Source: Dendrobates tinctorius (Eukaryota). Taken from it: 64,000 nucleotides of DNA. The position numbers were made by a program, and so were the translations under genes. Within the stretch, counting starts at the first letter, position 1; each line of letters begins with the position of its first letter. The stretch lies in contig NW_027361681.1 of NCBI RefSeq assembly GCF_039654945.1, positions 3,596,001 to 3,660,000 on the forward strand, given 5' to 3'. The notes beneath the pieces were generated by a model that had not been told where the DNA came from, did no database searches, and saw only the letters and a program-made list of their open reading frames with translations. This document shows, piece after piece, positions 36,705-49,760 of this stretch.

Positions 36705-37126
36705 GGGCTCCATCACACACAGCGAGATCTCTGATTTTGTGATGCAACAGTGATCTCGCCAGCGATCTCGCTGTGTGTGACGCACATCAGTGACCGACCC
36801 CCCTGCCGGGTATCGCTGATCGTGCTCTAATGTCCTGGGCCATTTTTTGATCGTTTGTGGCAGCGGGAGACCAACGATTAGCGAGCTTCCAACACTGTAA
36901 GCAGACGTTGGGAACTGGTATCTATGGTAAATATCGGGTAACTAAGCGCAGGTATCCAAGTTACCCAATATTTGCCTTGGCTACCAGCGTCCTCGCTGGT
37001 CCTGATCGCTGGTGAAATCTGCCTGTTTGGCAGCTCACCAGTGATCTTGTTGCGAGGCACCAGCGATCCTGACAATATCGTATCGTTGTCGGGATCGCTG
37101 GTGCATCGTTTAGTGTAAAGGGACCC
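36705..37126. mobile_element. Harbinger-type MITE related to 30214-30652
   Basis: TAA-GGGCTCCATCACAC...GTGTAAAGGGACCC-TTA; shared CAGCGAT/ATCGCTG internal repeats. Confidence 0.7.
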
Positions 37127-37441
37127 TTAACCTGCCCTGGTGCTGACTCTTTCCCAACAGATGATAGGGAGAAAGTAGGATTGCGCAAGTTGAATTTCAA
37201 TATGCCTGTTCCCTTTGGTTTGTGGAAATAAGCAGCTGCCTGAGGGGTCCAGCAGCCGCTTATACCGTTCTCCCCTCTCAGAAGACATGTTCAAAGGCTG
37301 ATCTGAGCGACCATCTGTATTGGGGAGATCAGAAATGTAGCACGATCTGTAGCCCCCGTCTTATAGACTCCTTTATAGACTATGGTGCTGTTCACATGTC
37401 CATAACTTTTTTTAATTATTACCAAATAGAATTTCTATGGG

Positions 37442-40400
37442 GGGGGCGTGGCTATGTAGCGGTGGAGAGAGGACACTCATAGGGAGAGCTCCTGTAAATC
37501 CTGCATTTATCCGGCTCATAGACCACTGCTGCCGCGACGTACCTGCTAATATCGGGACCCCCTGGACTCCGAGATGCTACTGGACCCCCGCAGGAGGACG
37601 TTACAAGCTGGTGAGCTGACAGCTGAGGAGGCCAGCGGGGCTTGCATGAGGCAGCGGCCATTTTTTTGAAGCGCGCGCTCTGACAGTGAGAGTCGCAGCA
37701 CTAGCTCAGTGATGGTATCCCCTTGTTTGTTCTATGATGGGAGCGCAGGACTTGGCTCCTACATTGTTTGGTTTTTATTGTTTTTTCTTTTACAGTCGTT
37801 TTAATTGTTATTTAGGTAGAAGTCGCAGCCAACGGCAATCTTGCTCTCTTTGTGATGTCTCTAAATTTTACTCGAGCAATAATGTGCACCATATCCAGAT
37901 GAGTAAACATGGGGTCTGAAATAATATGCATGACCTAGAATGTGAGGGGTATTAAAACTCCCCCAGAAGAAAATCAAGTTTTTTTTTCGCAGTTTAGGCA
38001 TTATAACCCTCACATTGTGGCCTTAGTGGAGACGCACCTGACCAGTGATACAGCTCGGTGCGTACAGAAACCATGGGTACAATGGTTTATCCACGCATTT
38101 TATACTAGTTATTCGAGAGGTTTCATTGTTGATGCATAAAGATATTAGGTGGGAGGCCCGGAGGGATCAATTCTCCAGAAGGCGATGAGTTTTGCCCTAA
38201 ATTATCCGGATGCAGACGTTATCTGTATGGGAGACTTTAATATGGTCATGAACAACTGCCTTGATAAACTGAGGTTGGGTGATGGAATGTCTGGGGAGGC
38301 TCCCCCCCCCCCCCACCGGCTACATCCCAGCTGTCACAGTTCATGGAGGGTAGTGGATGGCTGGATTTGTGGAGGGTGCGTCACCCTGAGATGAAGAAGT
38401 ATACTTGTCACTCATCCACAAAGCGCTCTCTGTCGCGCATAGGTTATATATTCGGATCCAGTGGTCTAGCGATATGGGTGGGTAATATAGAACATGGCAG
38501 TAGGGGGATCTCAGACCACAGCCCGGTTCTTCTTAAACTTAAATATGGGCAATTAAATAATGGGATGGTTTGGAAGCTGAACCCTTTCTGGTTGAAGTTA
38601 GTGGAATCTCCTGATAGAACGATCGATCAGTTGCATTGTTTCATCTCGTCCCACCCAGAACCTCAGAATATTAATTTATTTTGGGATGGCCTTAAGGCAT
38701 ATTTGAGGGGTTGCTTATCCGCTACGATCTCATATTAAGCGGTTAACCTCGAAGGAGGATGGTGAGGTGGAGCGGCGATTGAAAGATTCGGAGGCTACAT
38801 ATATATCTGATCAGACTAGCGGCAATAGGGTCGAGTGGTTAGCTGCACAAAGGTTGTACACTCAGCATATGGACACTAAGTCTAAGCGTAAATTATTCTT
38901 TGCCCATCAGTCCTATTTTGAGTTGGGGAACCAGGCAAGTAAATTTTTGGCCTATCTGGTGCGCCAACATAATACCTCTAATACGATACTACAGATTTGC
39001 AAATTGGATAATTCATTGGTGTCTTCAACCGAAGAGATACTTGGCTGCTTTCATGCTTACTATAGGTCATTATAGAGCTCTAAAAGTGGCGCTGATGGTG
39101 TGGCATGTTTGGATTATCTGTCAGATGTAACATTTCCTACACTAAGTCCTGACGAGCAGATCATTTTGGACATCGAGTTTACTATGGAGGAGATGGAGAA
39201 TGCCATGACGGATATGGCCTCTGGGAATTCCACTGGCCCGGACGGGTTTCCCATTTAATTATACAGGAAATATCGGGATATATTAGCGCCGCTTCTGTTA
39301 AAGGTATTTCAGGGAATTTGGGAGGGGGAGTCTATGCCAGAATCCTTTTACGAGGCAAATATCATAGTGCTTAGGAAGGAGGGGAAGGACCCTTTGGACT
39401 GTGGATCTTATCGTCCCATATCATTAGTAAATGCGGCCTATAAAACTTTTACTAAGGTTCTGGCCACCAGATAGAATTCAATTATAATGGACCTTATACA
39501 TCCTGACCACACCAACTTTATGCCTGGTAAGAGTACTTCTATTAATATCAGACAAGTCCAGTCAGTGGTCCAATATAGCTCCCTGATGCCAGATAACAAA
39601 TGAGCATTGGCATCGCTGGGTGCGGCCAAGGCCTTTGACTCTTGAGTGGCCTTCTGCATGCTTGCAGAGGTATAGCTTTGGTGATAAGTTTTTAAAATGG
39701 GTCAAAGTGCTATATATGAAACCCAAAGCTCGTATTATTGTAAATAACTCCATATCTGATCCTTTTTCATTACATAGGGGAACTCGTCAGGGGTGCCCCC
39801 TTTCCCCCGGCCCTCTTCACCCTTGCGATCAAGGCATTGACAACATGTATATGGTCTTCCCCTGGCATTAAGGGTATAGACAGCAGGTCGTGTAGATACC
39901 ATAGGCTTATATGGTGATATTTATGGATTGGGCGGAGGAGGCATTGCTGCAAGTGATCGCCACCATAGATGGATAGATTCAGCAAATATTCGGGCTTATA
40001 TATAAATTGGGAGAAGTCTGCCCTATTACCCCTCTCCCATGCCCCGACTTGAGGCTCTCTCCTCGCTGTCTATTGTATCTAGCTTTAAATATCTAGGTGT
40101 CCACATATCTCATAGCAGTGCGCTTGACTTACAACTTAACATCCACCCACTGTTGGAGCTGGTTAGAGTTAAATTTGCAACTTGGAGCAAACTTCCGCTG
40201 TCTGTAGCCGGACGCATTAACCTGATTAAAATGATATTGCTCCCTAAGCTCAGCTATTCTCTTCAACACAGTGCTGTAATGGTACCTAAATCCTTCTTTG
40301 CGAATCTGAATTTCAAAATTACATCTTTTACATGGGGGAAGACTAGACCCAAACTCAGATTGTCCACCCTGCAGAGGCCTAAAATGGGGGTGGGGCGGCG

Positions 40401-41835
40401 TTGCCAGATTTTTTTCTGTATTATTTGTCTGGGCAGGCTAAAGCCCTAAGTAAATGGATGCCGGGTAATTATCTCCCCAATTCTGAAAATCACTTCACGC
40501 TGCACGAGCTGACTGCCCACTGGGTTTCCTGGAGTTGGAAAAGACCAATGTTTCTCATCTATTGCCCCTACTCCGACTGGCACCATCAGTATGGAGGCAA
40601 ATTAAGAATGTGATTGGATTTGGGGACATTATAGCTGAAATGCCCTTGTGGAATAATAATTATGTTCCAGTATTACTAAACCATCCATCCACCGATTTTT
40701 GGATTCAATAAAATGTCTCCTCAATAGGTGATTTGTATGATCATGGGACCTTTGTGTCTTATGAGCAATTACAGGTTAAATGGGATATCCCAATTTTTCT
40801 GCTACTTGCAGCTGAGATTGGCCTTTCAGTCACACATGAGGTGTATGGACGTGGGTCATGTTCTTTTGTCTCTCTGCTTCTGATAGGAATCCTTAACTCG
40901 CAGGGTCCTCAGGGTCTTATCTCCTCTTTGTCTACATACATGCTGTCAGTAGGAGCTGAATCGGCCATAAGTACTATTAAAGGGAAATGGGAAGAGCTCA
41001 TCCCCGATACGCAGGGAGAGGAGTGGGAAGAGATTCTGGAGTCTATGGTTGGGGTGTCTCCATCTATTAATAATAGAATGATACAGTTATATATAATTAA
41101 CCAATCATATTTGACTCTGACACGGCTCTTTAGGATGGGTTGATTTCAATCATCAGAATGTATGCGATGTCACTCATTGGATGCAGATTTTATTCACATG
41201 ATCTGGCAGTGTCCCATTATCCTACAATACTGGAAAGAGGTGACGTCATTAGCTTCCCTGGTACAAGCTCCTGTTCCTCTTGAACCACTGGTCTGTTTGG
41301 GGTATGGGATGAGGAGACTTGGGGTCACACTGTCGGGATCTTTTTGCGTGAGATGCTGTTTATGGCACGGAAGGTACTGGCACTGCGGTGGATGGGGAGG
41401 CTCATGTCCCTCCCTCAGAACCTGGATCGAGCTGGTGAATTCGATTATTCCATATGAGCGCACATTGTATCAGAATAGGGGATGCCCGGGTAAATTTGAA
41501 AAGATTTGGGAGAGGTGGAATTCCTCTCATCTTACCCTGCAAGGTGGAGGCATCGCATAAGAGATATATAATGTAAGGTATTAGGCTGCGAAATAGTAGT
41601 TGCTGTAGTAGTAGTTAAGGAACTTAAAATAGGTCTTATTATCTGACTTGTATGATTTAACTGCCATAAATACTTCATAGTATACAGCCTATTGTAATTG
41701 CATGTGCTCAGTGGGCTATGTTTCTATCACCTTGCATATTAATTAGTTTGTATAGCGCTTACTACCATATGCAAATATTTATGTTGTACATTTTTTTTGT
41801 TTTAAGGTTAAATAAACGAATTAAAAAAAAAAATA
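37442..41835 (+). mobile_element. L1-clade LINE with intact ends, ORF1 absent, ORF2 pseudogenised
   Basis: TSD AAATAGAATTTCTATGGG (37424-37441 and 41836-41853); G-rich 5' end; ORF2 37909-41560 with EN (xNVRG, LVETHL, MGDFN, SDHSP), RT (YRPISL, RQGCPLSP) and C-terminal CxxC...HxxxxC; AATAAA 41811 and A-tail. Confidence 0.93.
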
Positions 41836-43689
41836 AAATAGAATTTCTATGGGTATGTGCAGACACTCAGTAAACCATGCGGGTTGGACGCTGCGTACTT
41901 GTGCAGCATCAAGATGTTACAGAACAGTGGATGGGATGTGAAGAAATCCCGTGCCCACTATGTGTGTATGTGCACCCGCGGAGATGGACATGGGGGTGTG
42001 TCTCTCCAGACAGCAGCATGTCTCTTTCTTTAGTGGAGATATTCCCCAATTGAATGGGTTGGATGCGGTGAAGCCGTACGGTTCAGTGAACACATGCGGA
42101 TTCCCCTGCGTTCAGTAGACGGCAGCGAACATGCTCTGCATCTAAAGCGCTGCCACATACCCTAACGATAAAATGGAAGCATGTCTGATGGTGATCTGCA
42201 GATCGCACTGCTTTGTCTTGATCTTTCCCCCCATGCCTACATCTGGATTCAAGTCTGATGTTGCAGCATCCCAACATTCAGGGAGCGCCATGCATGGCAG
42301 GGCAGGTTGCTCTGCGCCAGGATTGTAAGGGACCGCTAAGAGCTCTGATTGGCTGCAGGGGATGGGACCAGGATGTCATCAGAGGCAGGTCATGTGACTG
42401 GAGAACAGGCCGTCGTCCCTTCCTGACTGTCCTGCTGCTGTTCACCAGGGAGAACAATACTAGATCCATGTTTAAATCGGTCTTGGCCATCTCCAACATC
42501 CTTTTAGATGGTGCACAACCCTCTTCCTGGGGAGAATGGTGGATACCTAATTTTTTACTTGGTATATTTGCCACTGTTCTCCTGAATCCGGTGTTTTTCT
42601 TTGCTTCCTGAGATCCGGCCTCCTCTTCCTTGTATGTACTGTATGTCTAACCTTTATTAGCCTGGTGGCCTTGACCATCAACTATTCTCTATGGGTGTGT
42701 TCATCAGGACCCCACCACCACATGTATATACAGGGAAGATTGAGCCGTATCTCAGGAGAAGGAACTAAAGGAAACCATCGGCAATTACTTCAGGTAAAGT
42801 GTTTCATGGTTCTAGCAAGCGACGTCCTTTTTAAGGGAATCTTTCCTCTAGGAAAATGCTATGTAGCTGCTGATAGAAGGTTAGTCTTCAGCTGGACTAC
42901 TGAATGTACGCACGCACCCACGAGTGACAGCCAGCGGCTCCTGGGAGGAAAGAAGATGGTCTTCTCCCTGTAGCTGCACGTTCAGTGAGGCGCCAGGCAG
43001 CAATCACCTGTAGACTGACCGCATGGCTGCCTTATGTGGCACTTGAAGAGGTGATAGATTCCCTTGAAGGTGAATTTCCCATCTGACTTCTGCCACGATC
43101 TGATCAGTGGCGATAAACACGGGGTCCAAGCTTTGCTTCTGAGAATGGAGGGCCCCGTTTTCCTGCCTAGCTCCACGGTTCCTCACTTTCAGAACAGGTC
43201 AGACCCAGAGTCCAGCTCGCAGGGGATTGTCTACACTAGATGCAATTGTAACAAACCCTCAGCTGTGAGAAGCATTACTACAGGACTGGCCTGACAGTGA
43301 ACCGTCATGCTCTCATTCAGTGACAGCAAGCAGAGATGTTAGTACATAAACTGATCGGAAACCACTCCATGACTATGGCGGGAATTCAACACAAATCCTC
43401 CCCAGAAACGATGTGTAGGCAAATGGCACCCACACATGCTCCAAACCGTGTGATATCTGGATCTGCGATCGTTATGTGTTTGGAGTTACTATTTAAGCAT
43501 TTTTCTAATAAATGCTGCTACATTTCTCCACGCTGACGTCAATTTGAGAGACAACTCTAAGCAAAGTGAGGCGAGCAGAAGCGGGGACCCGTGCTCAGCG
43601 ACGGACAGCAGTGCAATTAGTGAACCGACGGTTTCCGTGTGTCTGAAAACAGGAACCACAGTTATCTGCTCTTGTTTCCCCTGAGCGGG

Positions 43690-43890
43690 TGAGGGAAGAT
43701 TTTACTGTCGGACCGGAGTCTTCTGATAACAGTTCCAAGCGCAGCTTCCGGTAAGTGAGGTCGGGTGAGCAGGGAGGTCATGTGACAGAGCCCACACTAG
43801 TTGGGAGGGCGTTTTTACTCTAGTAACCAATCAGAACGCTGCTTGTGACCTGCAACCCCTGCAAAAGAGCTGTGATTTGATTGGCTGCTA
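43690..43890 (+). promoter_or_regulatory. Putative HDHD3 promoter and non-coding first exon
   Basis: CpG-rich patch; strong donor CCG|GTAAGT at 43750/43751; ETS-like CTTCCG; CCAAT motifs near 43827 and 43880 (reverse). Assignment to HDHD3 is inference. Confidence 0.5.
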
Positions 43891-44288
43891 TTGGTAACAA
43901 GGACCTTATTATTTCCTGTATTTTAGTGGTTGGGTCCTAGTTTGTAGCCACCTAGTGATGTGTGAGGAAGGGACACTGCTGTGCGCTCAGTGTAATACAC
44001 AGCCATGGCCGCATCATCTCCAATACACTCAAAAGGCGCAAACTGTGGCGGGATGAAGCCGGGCTGTGCCGCCTGTATTAAAGGGGTTGTCCGCTGCTCT
44101 AATATTGATGGCTTAGGATCAGTCATAAATATCAGATTGGTGGAGGAGCAATATACAGCCCCGCACTGATCAGCTGAGCTCGGTGCAAATAGTGGTAAGG
44201 GGATCAGACGAGGAACTGCACGGCTCCGTCACCGTACAGCGGCTGCAGCTGATTGCAGGGTGGACTTATCCTAAGGCTATGTGCACAC

Positions 44289-45621
44289 TAGGGTGACCGC
44301 AAAAAATCGATGTCGGAATTTTGTCCGTCTGGACCCCACAAAACGATTCCCCTTTCCAGATATTGAGAGAGCCAAAATTTGAGCTCGATCAAACGACGTT
44401 AACCCTTGCCGCTCGTCGCTCAAAGTTTGAAAAAATCCAAATTGAGGTATTTTAAGATTTAGGTATTTTGCATAGTCTGTTAGACTTAGGCTGTGTGCAC
44501 ACACTGCGGATTCCGCTGCGTTTCCGCAGCGGTTTTGGCCGCTGCGGACACGCAGCAGTTTTAGCTGCGGTATACAGTACCATTCATTTGAATGGGAAAA
44601 CAAAAAACGCTGTGCCGACGCTGCGGAAAAAAACGCGCGGATTTGCTGCGGTTTTGAATCCGCAGAAAGAATTGCATGTCAATTCTTTCTGCGGAAACCG
44701 CTGCGGGTTCCTATCTCCACCATTGTGGAGATAGTGAATCCGCAGGACCAAACCGCAGGCAAAACCGCAGATAATCCGCAGGTCTATGGACCTGCGGATT
44801 ATCTGCGGTTTTTGCAAAATCCGTGCGGATTAATCCGCAGCGGAATCCGCAGCGTGTGAACGTGGCCTTAATGTGACAACAGCATTGCAGAAATAGCCCT
44901 GACCAAATTTTCGAACCATTTGTGGTATTTGAATGCAGAGTTGGTGGGATTATCGTTTTTTGATCCCACCATTACAGACAATGAAAAGTTGTTAATGGCT
45001 AATAAATTGCTCAGTAGCACAGATGAACCATCAGAGCACGCATAGTTATCTAATCTATTCTAGAGCTTTTGTTAAAGTAGTTTTTGAAACGTCAGAATAT
45101 AATGCTCGGCATTTGCTTACAACTTGCAGGACATATTGCTTTTGTTCTTCATCTTTTGTCAGAAGGTCGTTAAAATCGGTTACTTCCTACCTCTTTTAAT
45201 TTTTCTTTCCTAACTTTTGGATTTACAACCCTAGCGTGCTCTGATGGTTCATCTGTGCTACTGAGCAATTTATTAGCCATTAACAACTTTTCATTGTCTG
45301 TAATGGTGGGATCAAAAAACGATAATCCCACCAACTCTGCATTCAAATACCACAAATGGTTCGAAAATTTGGTCAGGGCTATTTCTGCAATGTTGTTGTC
45401 ACATTCTTTATAGTCTAACAGACTATGCAAAATACCTAAATCTTAAAATACCTCAATTTGGATTTTTTCAAACTTTGAGCGACGAGCGGCACGGGTTAAC
45501 GTCGTTTGATCGAGCTCAAATTTTGGCTCTCTCAATATCTGGAAAGGGGAATCATTTTGTGGGGTCCAGACGGACAAGATTCTGACATTTTTTCCCCCTC
45601 ATATGAGATCCGGTCACCCTA
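44289..45621 (-). mobile_element. Foldback hAT (hATm-like) element with transposase C-terminal remnants
   Basis: TIR TAGGGTGACCG; 8-bp TSD GTGCACAC; about 370-bp inverted arms; minus-strand remnants KFSNHLWYLNAELVGLSFFD and DFNDLLTKDEEQKQYVLQVV. Confidence 0.8.
44489..44867. mobile_element. Harbinger-type MITE in the left arm of the foldback element
   Basis: TTA-GGCTGTGTGCACAC...GTGTGAACGTGGCC-TTA; absent from the right arm. Confidence 0.85.
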
Positions 45622-46369
45622 GTGCACACGCTGCGGATTCTGCTGCGGGTCCGCAGCATTTCTGGCCCTGCGGGTCCGCAGCAGTTTCTGCTGGTTGTAC
45701 AGTACCATTGTTTTCAATGGTCAAACCAAAAACGCTGTGCACATGCTGCAGATTTTTCTGAGCGGATTTGCTGCAGGTTACAATCCGCAGCATGTCAATT
45801 CTTTGTGCGGATTCTGCTGCAGTTTCACACCTTCTCCATTGTTAGGTGTGAAACTGCAGGCTAATCCGCAGGTAAACCGCAGGACTTTTTACCTGCAGAT
45901 TTTTACAAATCCGCGGGGACAAATCCGCAGTTCTCAAAACTACGTGTGCACATAGCCTAAAGTGGGCTATCAATAGAAAAGTACTGGGCAACCCCTTTAA
46001 AGGCTTTTTTTTTTTTTTTTTAAGTTATCCTTTACACAATGAATAGGTGGTAACTTGCCGATCGCTGGGGGTCCGACCAATGGGACCACTGACAATTCTG
46101 AGAATGCCATCCTGAATTGAGTTGTGGTGCTCACACTCAACCTCCTCTCAGTGGAGTACAGCGCTCCTTTATTTTCTCAGTCCCAGAGACCACGAATGTG
46201 CGCCTCCCTCCCCTTCTGCATGGGGCTGAATATCCTCTACCATTTGTGTAGGGATTAACCCTATAAAATCCTATTTCCCAACTTCCTACAGAAATAAAGA
46301 ACCCTTAAGCCAGGCTTCTGCCTAAATACAGAACATGCAGTCTGGTTTTCTATCTATCCTAAAGCTAAC

Positions 46370-49300
46370 TCCCTCATACACATTATATAGCCCCTCTCCT
46401 TACTCCCCCATACACATTATATAGCCCCTCTCCTGACTCCCCATACACATTATATAGCCACTCTCCTGACTCCCTCATACACATTATATAGCCACTCTCC
46501 TGACTCCCCCATACACATTATATAGCCCCTCTCCTGACTCCCCCATACACTTTATATAGCCCCTCTCCTGACTCCCCCGTACACATTATATAGCCCCTCT
46601 CCTCATTCCTCCATACACATTATATAGCCGCCTCTCCTGACTCCCCCATACACATTATATAGCCACTCTCCTGACTCCCCCGTACACATTATATAGCCCC
46701 TCTCCTGACTGCCCCATACACATTATATAGCCCCTCTCCTCATTCCTCCATACACATTATATAGTCGCCTCTCCTGACTCCCCATACACATTATATAGTC
46801 GCCTCTCCTCACTCCCCCATACACATTATATAGCCCCTCTCCTGACTCCCTCATGCACATTATATAGCCCCTCTCCTGACTCAACCATACACATTATATA
46901 GCCGCCTCCCCTGACTCCCCATACACATTATATAGCCACCTCTCCTCAATCCCCCATGCACATTATATAGCCCCTCTCCTGACTCCCCCATACACATTAT
47001 ATAGCCCCTCTCCTGACTCCCCCATACACATTATATAGCCACCTCTCCTGACTCCCCCGTACACATATAGCCGCCTCTCCTGACTCCCCCTGTACACATT
47101 ATATAGCCGCCTCTCCTGACTCCCCCATACACATTATATAGCCCCTCTCCTGACTCCCCCATACACATTATATAGCCCCTCTCCTGACTCCCCCATACAC
47201 ATTATATAGCCCCTCTCCTGACTCCCCCATACACATTATATAGCCACCTCTCCTGACTCCCCCGTACACATATAGCCGCCTCTCCTGACTCCCCCGTACA
47301 CATTATATAGCCCCTCTCCTGACTCCCCTGTACACATATAGCCGCCTCCCCTGACTCCTCCATATGCATTATATAGCCCCTCTCCTGACTCCCCCGTACA
47401 CATTATATAGCCACATTATACACTGGCTACCTATTCGCTACAGGGTCCAGTATAAACTCATCTCTCTCACCCACAAAGCTCTCCACTGTTCTGCACCGCC
47501 TTATATCTCCTCTCTCATCTCTGTCTATCGCCCTACACGTGCCCTCCGTTCTACAAATGACCTAAGACTAACATCCCCCGTAATCCGAACCTCGCACCTC
47601 CGTCTCCAAGACTTATCTCGTGCTGCTCCAGCTCTCTGGAATGCACTTCCCCAGACGATCAGACTGATACCTAGCCCTGACCTATTCAAGCGCGCTTTGA
47701 AAACCCATCTCTTCAAACAAGCCTATCACATCAACTACTCAGCAAGCTAACTTTGCCCTGTTCCCTCCTTCCAAATATTATTCTGAATCTGCACCCTACT
47801 ATTCATCTGTCTCCACACCCTTCATGCACATGATAACTGCACTTGATACTTGTCTTTTGCACTTAAACACACGGGCTGATGACCGGATCATGCAGCTTTA
47901 TATGAAAATCCCTATTATAATTGCCAGACCTGAATTAACAAGCATTTCTCACCTACTGTGTCCCCCCATTTCCTTGTAGATTGTAAGCTTGCGAGCAGGG
48001 ACCTCACTCCTAATGTCACTGTTTGAATTGTCTTAACTTGTATTGAATTTATTGTCTGTACATGTCCCCGCTTAATTGTAAAGTGCTGCGGAATATGTTG
48101 GCGCTATATAAATAAAAATTATTATTATTATTATTATATAGCCGCCTCCCCTGACTCCTCCATACGCATTATATAGCCCCTCTCCTGACTCCCCCATACA
48201 CATTATATAGCCCCTCTCCTGACTCCCCCATACACATTATATAGCCCCTCTCCTGACTCCCCCATACACATTATATAGCCCCTCTCCTGACTCCCCCATA
48301 CACATTATATAGCCCCTCTCCTGACTCCCCCATACACATTATATAGCCGCCTCTCCTGACTCCCCCATACACATTATATAGCCGCCTCTCCTGACTCCCC
48401 CATACACATATAGCCGCCTCTCCTGACTCCCCCATACACATTATATAGCCCCTCCCCTGACTCCCCCATACACATTATATAGCCCCTCCCCTGACTCCCC
48501 CATACACATATAGCCCCTCTCCTGACTCCCCCGTACACATTATATAGCCCCACTCCTGACTCCCCCATGCACATTATATAGCCGCCTCTCCTGACTCCCC
48601 CGTACACATTATATAGCCGCCTCTCCTGACTCCCCCGTACACATTATATAGCCGCCTCTCCTGACTCCCCTGTACACATTATATAGCCGCCTCTCCTGAC
48701 TCCCCCATACACATTATATAGCCCCTCTCCTGACTCCCCCATACACATTATATAGCCCCTCCCCTGACTCCCCCATACACATTATATAGCCCCTCCCCTG
48801 ACTCCCCCATACACATTATATATCCCCTCCCCTGACTCCCCCATACACATTATATAGCCCCTCTCCTGACTCCCCCATGCACATTATATAGCCGCCTCTC
48901 CTGACTCCCCCATACACATATAGCCGCCTCTCCTGACTCCCCCATACACATTATATAGCCCCTCCCCTGACTCCCCCATACACATTATATATCCCCTCCC
49001 CTGACTCCCCCATACACATTATATAGCCCCTCTCCTGACTCCCCATACACATTATATAGCCGCCTCTCCTGACTCCCCCATACACATATAGCCGCCTCTC
49101 CTGACTCCCCCATACACATTATATAGCCGCCTCTCCTGACTCCCCCATACACATTATATAGCCCCTCTCCTGACTCCCCCATACACATTATATAGCCGCC
49201 TCTCCTGACTCCCCCATACACATATAGCCGCCTCTCCTGACTCCCCCATACACATTATATAGCCACTCTCCTGACTTCCCCATACACATTATATAGCCCC

Positions 49301-49760
49301 TCTCCTGACTCCCCCATACACATTATATAGCCCCTCTCCTGACTCCCCCATACACATTATATAGCCCCTCCCCTGACTCCCCCATACGCATTATATAGCC
49401 CCTCCCCTGACTCCCCCATACACATTATATAGCCCCTCCCCTGACTCCCCCATACACATTATATAGCCCCTCTCCTGACTCCCCCCGTACACATTATATA
49501 GCCCCTCTCCTGACTCCCCCGTACACATTATATAGCCCCTCTCCTGACTCCCCCGTACACATTATATAGCCTTTCTCCTGACTCCCCCGTACACATTATA
49601 TAGCCCCTCTCCTGACTCCCCCATACACATTATATAGCCCCTCTCCTGACTCCCACATACACATATAGCCGCCTCTCCTGACTCCCCCATACACATTATA
49701 TAGCCCCTCTCCTGACTCCCCATACACATTATATAGCCCCTCTCCTGACTCCCCATACAC
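46370..49760. repeat. Minisatellite, about 33-bp C-rich unit
   Basis: Unit TACACATTATATAGCCCCTCTCCTGACTCCCCCA with small length variants. Confidence 0.97.
47420..48135 (+). mobile_element. L2-clade LINE 3' fragment inserted in the minisatellite
   Basis: HWLPIRYRVQYKL...APPYISSLI...APALWNALP...FKRALKTHLF; 3' end GCGCTATATAAATAAA plus (ATT)n. Confidence 0.9.

Larger units (their letters stand above)
44275..45957. mobile_element. Harbinger-type MITE
   Basis: TAA-GGCTATGTGCACAC...GTGTGCACATAGCC-TAA. Confidence 0.88.
44082..45996. mobile_element. Kolobok/T2-type MITE (host of a nest)
   Basis: TTAA-AGGGGTTGTCC...GGGCAACCCCT-TTAA. Confidence 0.85.

Noticed and set aside
42660-43300. Possible extra exons (donor near 42793, acceptor near 42972)
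   Set aside because: No recognisable protein in any frame; isolated splice-like motifs are insufficient.
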